Of a DNA stretch of 64,000 bases, positions 37,811 to 46,569 are shown in pieces. The DNA is from an uncultured Chloroflexia bacterium (GTDB lineage: Bacteria; Chloroflexota; Anaerolineae; Anaerolineales; DRKV01). The stretch is taken from the NCBI GenBank assembly GCA_963824065.1, contig CAWGNX010000002.1, positions 43,243-107,242 of the forward strand, read 5' to 3'. The first letter of the stretch is position 1, and each line of letters opens with the position of its first letter. The notes under the pieces are model-generated. The model was given only the letters and a program-made list of their open reading frames with translations. It did no database searches and was not told where the DNA came from. The position numbers were made by a program, and so were the translations under genes.

Positions 37811-38878
37811 ATGAAATTACGATTTGCGACCCTCATCCTGGCTGTCCTGGTTGGACTGGCGCTGGTGCCGCAGTGGCGTGTGCTCAGCTCTCAGCTCAAG
37901 CAGACAACCAATGAACCTCCCGTATACCTACCTTTGGTTGGATACCTGGGAGGCTCCAATCCCAATCCGACCCCCTCGCCTACCGGTTCGCCAACCAGTG
38001 TGCCAACCCTGCTGCCAGAAGGTTTTGTAGTTTCCAACCACAATTCTGTGGCATTGTTTGACCAGATCCCAACCCAATACAGGGAGGCAGCCGCCAACCT
38101 GCACATGCTGTATATCGATGCCTCGGTGGGTATGAATATCTCGTTGGGTCTGGACTGTCTGAGCACGCCCTCAACCAGCGCGTCAACCTACTGCAAGCGC
38201 TGGGAGCACGTCGATGACAATTATTCGGTCAGCCCCTCCGAATTTGTCTGGCCTGGAACGCACGATCGCAGCAATTGGGTGTACCAGACCTGGGTTGAGA
38301 ACTGCTCCACCTGGGATGAAAAAGTAGGCTGTTTCATGAATATGGTTCGCCCGCTGATGAATCAGTATCAGGTCGTGTCTTACCAATTTTCCTACCTTGA
38401 TGTGTATGCCGGTTCGAGCATCGCTGACATGCCGGGTGGTTTCTTTGACAACAATCCCAATTTGCTGGATGTCTACGATCTGGAGACCTTTGAAGCCCAG
38501 AATCCTGGGAAAGTCTTCATTTATTGGACGACCAGCCTGGCGCGCAGCAATGGGACCGATACATCGACTCAATTTAATGAAATGATGCGCCAGTATGCGA
38601 TCGACAATAATCGCGTGCTGTTTGATGTGGCCGATATCCTGTCTTATACCCCGGATGGCAGACGGTGTTATGACAACCGGGATGGGATCCCGTACGACAA
38701 CGGGAATAATTTTGAAAACTACCCCGATGACGGGCAGAATACCCCCGCCATATGCCAGGAATACACGACCGAGACCGACGGCGGGCACCTGGGTTCTGTG
38801 TCTGCTGGGATGATCCGGGTCGCAAAAGCTTACTGGGTGCTGATGGCCCAGATTGCTGGTTGGGACCCAACCCCCTGA
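37811..38878 (+). CDS. secreted hypothetical protein (possibly SGNH-like)
   Basis: AAGGAG RBS and a signal peptide, then VYLPLVGYL and a Pro/Thr/Ser linker. LFDVADI and a late DGGHLG are weakly SGNH-like. Confidence 0.55.
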   Translation: MKLRFATLILAVLVGLALVPQWRVLSSQLKQTTNEPPVYLPLVGYLGGSNPNPTPSPTGSPTSVPTLLPEGFVVSNHNSVALFDQIPTQYREAAANLHMLYIDASVGMNISLGLDCLSTPSTSASTYCKRWEHVDDNYSVSPSEFVWPGTHDRSNWVYQTWVENCSTWDEKVGCFMNMVRPLMNQYQVVSYQFSYLDVYAGSSIADMPGGFFDNNPNLLDVYDLETFEAQNPGKVFIYWTTSLARSNGTDTSTQFNEMMRQYAIDNNRVLFDVADILSYTPDGRRCYDNRDGIPYDNGNNFENYPDDGQNTPAICQEYTTETDGGHLGSVSAGMIRVAKAYWVLMAQIAGWDPTP

Positions 38879-38895
38879 TCCCTCAGCTCTGACCG

Positions 38896-38930
38896 CAGCC
38901 GGACGCATATCGCCTCCGGCTGTTTTTTTT
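38896..38930 (+). terminator. Rho-independent terminator between convergent genes
   Basis: CAGCCGGA-cgcatatcgcc-TCCGGCTG followed by T8. Confidence 0.6.
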
Positions 38931-39135
38931 ATTCGCCGCTTAGGTATGGTACGCCAGTCAGATCATAGGCAGCGCGGCGGCGGTCTTCCTCCTGCTCGGC
39001 GCGACTCCCGCAATCGCAGGGGCGATTTTGCATACAATCGAAACAGCAATATTCGCGGTGATGATCGAGTAGCGGTCCCCAGGTGATTTCCACACCGCAG
39101 CCATCACACCAGTATGTATCCAGATAGCGAGCCAT
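38929..39135 (-). CDS. small Cys-rich metal-binding protein (metallothionein-like)
   Basis: A 68-aa protein, WCDGCGVEI...HHREYCCFDCMQNRPCDCG, with 8 Cys plus His in the first 45 residues. Confidence 0.45.
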   Translation of the reverse strand: MARYLDTYWCDGCGVEITWGPLLDHHREYCCFDCMQNRPCDCGSRAEQEEDRRRAAYDLTGVPYLSGE

Positions 39136-39167
39136 TGTTCACCTCCAACCTCAACCAGACCTGTTCC

Positions 39168-40089
39168 TCAAATCACCTCCCCGGTGCGCACGATCAGCAC
39201 AGAGCAGCCAGCATAATGGAGGAGCTTGCGGGAGACGCTGCCCAAAAGCCAGCCGCGCACCTGCCCGAGGCCGCGGCTGCCGGCAATGATTAGATCGATC
39301 TCGTGCTCACGGGCGTACTCGATCAGCTCGCTGGCGGCATCCCCTCGCAGAAGGACCGGGACGGCCTGCAAGCCAGCCCGCTCAAGGCTGACGGTAGCAT
39401 CCTCAAGCAGGCGGCGACCTTCTTGCTCCTCCATTTCTGCCTGGCGTTGAAAACCTTGTTCAATCTCTGCCAGGGGCATCCCACCTGAGACCTGTAGGTC
39501 AAGCGGCCAGGAGCGGGCGATCACCTCCGATGTTGGCATCGGCGGCAGGACGTGGACAAGGCGCAGCCGGGTGTTGGCGGGAAATTGGAAGCTGGCGGAG
39601 TACTCGAGGGCACGCCGCGCCTGGGCGGAACCGTCGGTGAGCAGGGCAACCCGCTGCAGACCGGTGTACGGTGCCCGGACAACAAGGACGGGCCAACGGG
39701 CATATTCTACGACCTGCTGGGCCACACCTCCCAACAGGATCCCCAGGGTCAGCGCGCAGCCCTCTGGCACCAAGGACGATCAGCTCTGGCTGAACCTGAT
39801 CAGCATGCTGCACGATCTGCTCAGCAGGATAGCCAGTGAGAAGTTCTGTGATCACTACACAACCTTGCTGCTCCAGCAGATACCGGGCCTGTTCGAGAGC
39901 GTCCTCCAGCAAGGCGTGGGTGGAGGCCTGGCGCGGCAGCATCACTGCAACTACTCTGATCACGCAACCAGTCGCACAGGGCAGTTCGGACAGCAGCCGG
40001 GCAGCTGCCATGGAATGTTCGGATCCGTCGACTGCCAGCAGGATGCAGCGGCTGGTGGGGGTTGTGGAGAATGGATGTTCAAGGGTCAT
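39168..40089 (-). pseudogene. tandem universal stress protein (UspA x2) with one frame break
   Basis: ILLAVDGSEHS...ELIVLGARGL joins, in another frame, to TLGILLGGVAQQVVEYARWPVLVVR, which is followed by a second Usp domain (VALLTDGSAQA...DLIIAGSRGLGQVRGWLLGSVSRKLLHYAGCSVLIV). The break is near 39750-39765. Confidence 0.8.
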
Positions 40090-40370
40090 GGCGCACCTCC
40101 TGCACTTCGGGTGAGAAGCAAAATCCGCCGGACAACCTGGCGGATTACGATGAGGGCGGGTTGCGGGCAGACCGGATACAGGCTGCCTTCCGCGTGTATT
40201 CGATTTCTTTCATTGTACAAGGAACTTATGGACGAATCAAGGGAATTTTTGCCGCGTGTGAGCGTCCCGGAGGCTCAAAACATCTCTCGGGTCGATAAAT
40301 CACCGCCGGTGTTTATCCAGCAGCTGCGCCTGACCTGATCGCGCAGCTGCTGGGTTTACACGCTGGCTGG

Positions 40371-40667
40371 TCAGCGGCGGATCAGCGGTGAAAACACCTT
40401 AAACCGGTGTACACCTGTCCAAAAACCGCTTGTGACGACAAAATTCCCACCGGATGCGCGATTGGCGTCCGGCTGACCCAGCGTGCCGGTCAGCACGAAT
40501 ACGGATCCCTGGCTGCGCCCCCCACCTGCATCGACTGTCCACCAGGAAATACTGAAGTCGTCGGCAAGGTCAGATGCGGGCATAGAAATGCCCTCAGACC
40601 GGGCGGCACCAACCAGCAGCAGGCACACCAGGCTTGCGCCGAGAATGATTACAAGTTTATGCTTCAT
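40371..40667 (-). CDS. small exported protein, paralogue of 60235-60516
   Basis: Signal peptide MKHKLVIILGASLVCLLLVGAARS. It shares the motifs F-x-I-x-W, GGG, T-[LV]-G-Q, GFW and a C-terminal FKVFSPLIRR with the other copy. It lies 9 nt downstream of the fibre-like gene. Confidence 0.65.
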   Translation of the reverse strand: MKHKLVIILGASLVCLLLVGAARSEGISMPASDLADDFSISWWTVDAGGGRSQGSVFVLTGTLGQPDANRASGGNFVVTSGFWTGVHRFKVFSPLIRR

Positions 40668-40676
40668 GCCAGCCGC

Positions 40677-42107
40677 CTAGCGCAAGGTGACGAAAACCGG
40701 AATGGTGGACTGACCCGGGACCGGTGCGCTGAGGGCGACCCCGATGACCGGCGCACCTTCGGTTACGAGCATGCCGTTCACTTCCTGGCTCATTAACGGG
40801 CGGGCGTACCCGGCGAGGTTGGAGGCGGTCAGACGCTGCCCAGGCGTGATTTGGGCTGCGGGATCGACGTTCACCTCGGCGATGCCGTAGATGGTGAGGG
40901 CCACGTATTCACCTGGTTGGGCGGGTCCAGCGGCGCTGTGCAAAGCCATCTCGCCCTCCGCTTCCTTGCCGGGGGCGACCTCATACAGCATGCGGCTGCT
41001 GACTACCACGATCACCCCGTTAAAAGTGGCTGAATCGGCCAGGCGCACCAGCGGCATGGCGGCGCCTGTTACTGCTACAAGGTCACCCACATTCAATGGC
41101 TCGGGACCAGTCACCTGGCTGACCAGGGTATAGGCCTGGGCTAACCCGTTACCAGCCTGGATGTTATCAACCGAGTACAGCGCCCACTGGCCGGCGGCAT
41201 TGGCTGTGTTCGGCCAAAGGCCGTAGCCACTGACGCCCGGACTGGGGGAGTACATACCGTAACTGGGGAAATACGAACTGCTGCCGATCTGGATGCCATC
41301 GTCGCCCGTGTCGAAGATGCGAACGCCATCATTGTTGGTGGTGTTGCTGATCACCAGGCCGAAGTCCTGGCTGGGACCAATCCACAGCCCACCCTCATTC
41401 GGCGCTTTCAAGCGAATGCCGGCATTATAGAGCTGCCAATCCCCGGTAGTGCCGTCGTAGTAGGTCCAGGCGCGGAAGGAGCCGTTGGTGGCATAGCCGT
41501 AAAACGGCCAGCCGCTGGCATTGGATGTCTCGACATACATCCCGCCGTACTGGTTGTCACTCCCGTTGAAGCACACGCCGAACACTTCATTGCCGGAAAT
41601 GCGGAAATCGCGCCCGATCCCCACGAAATTGACGCTTTCATTGGTGTAGACGTTGGGCAGCGCCAGGGCATACGGCGCGGGCGTCAGCTCCTGGCGCGGG
41701 GCCAAAGTGGTGAAAGCGCCGGCACTGGCTCCTGGGCGCACATTGATCTCCAGCCAGCGTTCACCGCCGCCGAATGCGCTTACCCGAAATCCAGGTTGAC
41801 CTGGAAATAGCCGTTATCAACCGGCAGGTCACCGATCGTCTGGGTTGCACCTATCTGGACACCTGCAGCCGCGGCGTCAAACAGCAGGAACTGGAAGTCA
41901 AACGGGCCGTTGGCCGGACTGCCGCTGCTTTCCAGGTGACCCTGGTAGGTAAAGCCCGTGCCAACCGGGGCCAGGCTGGCACGAGGCAGCCCGCGGCTGA
42001 GGGCAATGCCAGCTGGCAGGCTGAAGGCCAGCAGGACGCCTGCCAGAATTGCCAAGAAAATCGAAAGATGGGGGTGGCGGTTTTTGGCCTGCTGTGCTCC
42101 TGAACAT
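40677..42107 (-). pseudogene. fibre-like exported protein (cassette A), two frame breaks
   Basis: Three frame segments join as MFRSTAGQK|NRHPHLSIFLAILAGVLLAFSL...GFTYQGHLESSGSPANGPFDFQFLLFD...YFQVNLDFG|SAFGGGERWLEINV...APRQELTPAPYA... The breaks are at T5 (42081-42085) and C3 (41783-41785). ATG 42173 is an alternative start. Confidence 0.6.
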
Positions 42108-42470
42108 GGGTGGGATAATTTGGATGGGTAGAAACCGGTCGTATTCCTGTTTAAATGGGGGATGCCTGGCCATTGCCAGGTTAAACCGGAGGACCCCCGG
42201 TCGAAGCTGGAAAAACAGCCGCAGTCAAGAAAAACATTGCTCAGGATGTAAAAATTATTCAGGCTAGTGGGAGTGATAGCGAGTTGTTGGTAGGTATTTT
42301 TGCAGGATCCGGCGGGCGGTGTGGGAGCGTGCAGCCGGGCTGTTGATCGTAAAGCGAGAAAATTTATAATAAAGACAAGAAATAGCGGATTTACAATACC
42401 AGTATAGAAAATTTCTTTAAAATTCAATCGCTCGATTTATCGAACGGCTGAAAACCAGCCTGTTACACAC

Positions 42471-43821
42471 TTATGATTGTTCTTTTGTGGAAATAAAAAA
42501 GTCGATCCAACTTTTGAAAATACCCCCCAGTAAAAAGATGCTGCCAAAAAAGATTAATTGCCTGAGGCCAATGGTTTCATTGATCTGCCACAGCAAGCGA
42601 ATATCATACAATTCTGGATCATTTAATTTTTCCCAGTCGATTAGGAAAGGGATCTCGGCGATTGGGTAGTGGTAGCTTCCATCAAATGCAATCTGCTCGG
42701 CAGCTGATAAACAGGTGAATAAGAGCGCTTGAAACGTTGCTATGGCGCCCAAAACCAGCAGCAATAGCAACAAGGCAAGTTTCCATTTTCTGAAGGCCTG
42801 GTTTTGTTTGGTGAAAAAAACCAGCAAAACGAGATAGGGAATGTTTGGGATTAAGAATCTAGGCCCTCAACTGTAACCTGCATCCCAATCCTCCCAGAAC
42901 GAATACATCAATATACTCCCGAGAATGGTGCACAGGAGAATAATCCCGATCAGGCGGTCCTGCTTGATTAAGACTGCCAGCCCAAAGAAACTGAGAAAGA
43001 AGAGCGGGAAAAACAACAATAGCCCTCTTTCTGGACTCAAAATATTTCCAAGGAGGGCGGTAAACACGGCAATTCCATTGAAATTAAATTCGGATCCTGG
43101 CTGGTATCCCAAACCAAACCAGGATCCAAAGCGCATATAGTTGATATATTGATTCAAGACGAAAAAACCGATCACAGGCATTGCGATCCAAAGTAGATTC
43201 TTTATCCGATCTACCAAAGATAGAGGCTCGCCCTGAGGTTGGGGGTTTATAAAATAAGTCGCGACAACAAAAACAAGCACGGGAACCAATGCCATTTCTG
43301 TGCGCGCGAAGGATCGTAAGTCCCAGAAAAGTGCCAGTTACAACCAGGTTGATTCTCCCGTGTGACCTAGCCCTTACAAAAAATATCAGCGCCAATACGA
43401 CGAATAAGGAAGCCAATGGTTGGGCAAAGTCGAGTTTTGCATACACTGCAGCGGGAGAGGCGATGCCAAAAATCAAGGCCGCGGCGACTGCTCGTTTTTT
43501 GGATAGTCCAAGCTGAATGCACAACCAGTACAGAAACATGGCAGTCAGTGCGGTGATTAGTGGATTTACAAAAGAACTGTAACGATACGTGCGATCGTAG
43601 AGGAGCAACTCGTTATACGGTATCCCAGGATCGTAGGGAGTGACGCTAAAATTAATATTCTTGAATGGAGGGAATGATGATAAGCCGGCTAAGATCCCCA
43701 TATAAATGAGAGTGAGTCCAATCGCCCACTTACTTACATCGATGACCGCAGGTCCCCACAAAATTGGGGGATTCATCCGAAAAGAACCGCGAAAAAACAG
43801 CGCTTTTGCATACTGAAACAT
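42471..43821 (-). pseudogene. GT-C-type (ArnT/PMT_2-like) membrane glycosyltransferase with one frame break and one in-frame TGA
   Basis: ORFs 43084-43821, 42867-43295 and 42471-42827 are consecutive parts of one polytopic protein. There is a frame break near 43299-43312. TGA 42869-42867 sits in EDWDAGYS*GPRFLIP. Confidence 0.65.
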
Positions 43822-44337
43822 GACAACCCCATCGATTGATTAGTGATGCCCAGACCAAAAAATGAGGTAAATCAACAAGCAGGTAAAAAAAACGGAAACC
43901 ATCAACCTCCAATGCTGCCAGTTTTTTGCAAGGGTCATGTAACATCTCGCACGAGCGATTGGAAATGCATAAGATGGTTTGACTTCAGGTGAGGTTGGGT
44001 ATCCAGATCACCAGGGTATTAAAACACGAAATCGATCAATAAAATGACCAATTTATGGACATTGAGAGAAAACGGGCAATCCAATTTCTGCGAACGTGCG
44101 TATATTAGACTGAATCATCGTTCCTGCGGTACGCAGGCCAAAGCCAGCCAGCGAATTGCAAGCGATTGGTTCTGATTGGCCCTTATCGGTTTCCTCCCAG
44201 TGTGTGCCCCCGCCCCCTCCAGGCGGGGGCCTTTGGTTTGGGAAGCTGGCAGCCTATACGCGGCAATAAACCTGCCCCTTGGACAAACATTGCAAAGGGC
44301 AATTGAATCTGCAATACTTATGAAACGTCAAAACCCG

Positions 44338-44366
44338 TTGACTTTTTGGCACTTTTCTTGTATAGT
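44338..44366 (+). promoter_or_regulatory. near-consensus sigma70-type promoter (TTGACT-17-TATAGT)
   Basis: Read directly: TTGACT at 44338-44343, a 17-nt spacer, and TATAGT at 44361-44366, in an 860-bp AT-rich non-coding stretch. Confidence 0.4.
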
Positions 44367-44623
44367 GATATTACAAAGTAATTTAGTGGTAACTGCATTA
44401 TTACATTATTTTTTGCAGTATATCGTTCTGCCTTTCAAAGGCAATGGCAACTAGCAATCATTTGTTATCTGAGAAAGGAGGGTCTTAGACCTGATTTACA
44501 CCTGAGCAGACCGAGGTTGCTGGAGCCTCCCTGCAAACAGGTTTTCTTCCCGGCCCATCCCAGACCGGGAAAACACAGGGGGTTACATTTTTTGATAAAC
44601 CGTCGTGGTCCTTAAATGTCAGG

Positions 44624-44664
44624 CTCCCGGAGGTCATCCAATATCCCTCCGGGAGTGTGATTTT
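44624..44664 (+). terminator. stem-loop with weak T tract
   Basis: CTCCCGGAGG-12 nt-CCTCCGGGAG forms a perfect 10-bp stem, followed by TGTGATTTT on the plus strand. Confidence 0.45.
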
Positions 44665-44683
44665 AAGTGACCAGAGCCACTGG

Positions 44684-45607
44684 TTAATCCGGCAGGTGAT
44701 CAGGTTCAGCCAGTTGGTGCGGCTGACCCGGAGATAATTGGATGAACAGCACGGCTGCCAGGATCAACGCACACCCCAGCAGTTGAACGGGTAACAGCTT
44801 TTCTCCCAGGATCAGAAAACCAAACAGCGCAGCGAAGACCGCTTCCAGGTTTAAGATGAAGGCGGCATCGGTTTCGGGCGCATAGCGCTGACCGGCAGCC
44901 TGAGTGGTGTAGCCAATTGCTGTCGAAAAGATACCGACGTACAGCACCGCCAGCCAGACCGGAGGAGTCCAGGGGGTGAAAGGCAGCTCCCAGACCAGGG
45001 CCGCGGCGCCGTTCAGCACACCGGCAATCGCAAACTGCCCGAGCGAAAACGGCACCAGGGGCAGCAAACGCACCGCCCAGGCGACCACAATCACATGCAA
45101 AGCCCACATGAATGCCCCTGCCAGCTCCAGCAAGTCACCGCGATTAATACCCAGGTGCGCCCCGGTGGAAAGCAGGTACAGGCCAGCAACCGCCAGCAAC
45201 GCTGCAGCCCAAACCTGCCAGCCAACCCGCCGGTGCAGCACCAACGCCAGCAGAACCGGCACGATGACCACATACAACCCGGTAATAAAGCCGGCATTGG
45301 CCGCGGTCGTGTACTGCAAGCCAGCTTGCTGCAAGGCGCTGCCAAGGAACAAAACTAACCCGGATAATGTGATCGCCAGTCCCGCTTGCGGGATTTTAAT
45401 CCAGCTTCCGGTCTCATGGATGGGGTGGCGACGTTTCCAGACGAGCCAGACCAGGCCCAGGGCCGCGAAGCCGAGCGCAAAACGAACCGCATTAAATGAG
45501 AATATTCCGGTCTCCAAGGCAGCAAAGCGCTGGGCGGCAAATGCCAGCCCCCAGATCACAGCGGTCAGCAGGAGCAGTAAATCGGCTTTGAGGCGGGTGG
45601 AAGGCAT
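44684..45607 (-). CDS. DMT-superfamily (EamA) transporter
   Basis: A 307-aa, 10-TM protein with two EamA-like halves. Confidence 0.85.
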   Translation of the reverse strand: MPSTRLKADLLLLLTAVIWGLAFAAQRFAALETGIFSFNAVRFALGFAALGLVWLVWKRRHPIHETGSWIKIPQAGLAITLSGLVLFLGSALQQAGLQYTTAANAGFITGLYVVIVPVLLALVLHRRVGWQVWAAALLAVAGLYLLSTGAHLGINRGDLLELAGAFMWALHVIVVAWAVRLLPLVPFSLGQFAIAGVLNGAAALVWELPFTPWTPPVWLAVLYVGIFSTAIGYTTQAAGQRYAPETDAAFILNLEAVFAALFGFLILGEKLLPVQLLGCALILAAVLFIQLSPGQPHQLAEPDHLPD

Positions 45608-45612
45608 CAGGG

Positions 45613-46338
45613 TTAACCACCCCCGGAGGTCGGCGAGGGGGTGCGGCGCAGGATCAGGCGATCTCCCCGGCGTTCAACCGGCAGGGAAAAATCGAAACGG
45701 TCCAGCTCCTGAGCGCGCAGCAGATCAGTCTGCAGGGCTGAACCGCCGGGTGCGTTCTGCCGCTGGGGAGTGGGCCGCCAGGTTTGGACGCGTGCCAGGT
45801 AAGGATGGGGGTCAGGAGGCTGCTGCTCCTGGCTGCGCAAACAGTCTGCCAGGTATTCGGCACAGGCCCAGTCTTCGGGCGCCTGGAACACGCCGGGAAC
45901 GTCGCCAGTAATGACAAAAGTAACCGCGGGCGGGTTGATCTGGCGCAGGCGGTGGAGGGTCGCCCCGGCGACGACAAAGCTGGCTGCCAGAAGGTGGTCC
46001 GCCGCGCGGTTGCGGAACACCCCCTGCGTCCCGGCAGAGGTGCGGTGGATGACACGCGCTCCTGCCAGTTGAGCTTCTGAAAGCTGGCTGGGGGAGTTGT
46101 CGAAATCGAATCCAGGCACCGGCAGGCCGTTGACTTCCCCCATCAGGCGCACCGGACCCAGCGGTTCCAGATCGCGGCGCAGGGCAAACGCCTCCTCCAC
46201 GGTGCTGACCAGGAAAATCTCCAATGCACCTGAGGCCAGGGCGTAGGCAGCGGTCGTGAAGGCGCGCATCACATCGATGACCACCACCGTGCCGCCGGAC
46301 TGCCCGCTTTCGTTCAGGCGCAAAAAGTTGATCTCCAT
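45613..46338 (-). CDS. comB: 2-phosphosulfolactate phosphatase family protein
   Basis: GGGGAGG RBS before ATG 46338. VVVIDVMRAFTTAAYALASGA...DFDNSPS is the ComB family pattern. Confidence 0.75.
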   Translation of the reverse strand: MEINFLRLNESGQSGGTVVVIDVMRAFTTAAYALASGALEIFLVSTVEEAFALRRDLEPLGPVRLMGEVNGLPVPGFDFDNSPSQLSEAQLAGARVIHRTSAGTQGVFRNRAADHLLAASFVVAGATLHRLRQINPPAVTFVITGDVPGVFQAPEDWACAEYLADCLRSQEQQPPDPHPYLARVQTWRPTPQRQNAPGGSALQTDLLRAQELDRFDFSLPVERRGDRLILRRTPSPTSGGG

Positions 46339-46569
46339 GCAGGACCTCCCCGCCAAAGTTCGGCTAATTGTATCCGATCAAAGGTGGGAGTACCCTGCGA
46401 AAGCTGGATGGAACACCCCAATTTCTACTCGAATGAGTACAAGCTCAACGTTCAGGCTGCTTTACTTTCAGCTAATCAATCGAATGACAGCGTCTGTCGA
46501 TCTGATTCTGCTTAAAAAGCTGCGCTTTGCGGATAATATAAAATCCGCCAGGAGGGCATCCTGTCGTTT

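Noticed and set aside
38183-38908. 241-aa minus-strand ORF in the track
   Set aside because: It is antisense to the secreted protein gene 37811-38878, which has an RBS, a signal peptide and a terminator.
42867-42869. Genome-wide UGA-to-Trp recoding
   Set aside because: TGA is used as an ordinary stop codon by many well-defined genes in this window (for example the M32 peptidase, dienelactone hydrolase and GNAT). The genome is also high-GC, unlike known UGA-recoding lineages.
43730-43945. 71-aa minus-strand ORF upstream of and overlapping the GT-C pseudogene start
   Set aside because: It is in a different frame from the GT-C gene, which has its own ATG seven codons after an in-frame TAA. It has no RBS and no recognisable features.
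44176-44454. 92-aa plus-strand ORF in the AT-rich gap
   Set aside because: It has no RBS, odd composition, and it spans the promoter-like element. It is more likely non-coding.
44976-45911. 311-aa plus-strand ORF in the track
   Set aside because: It is antisense to the DMT transporter and ComB-like genes, both of which have convincing family features.
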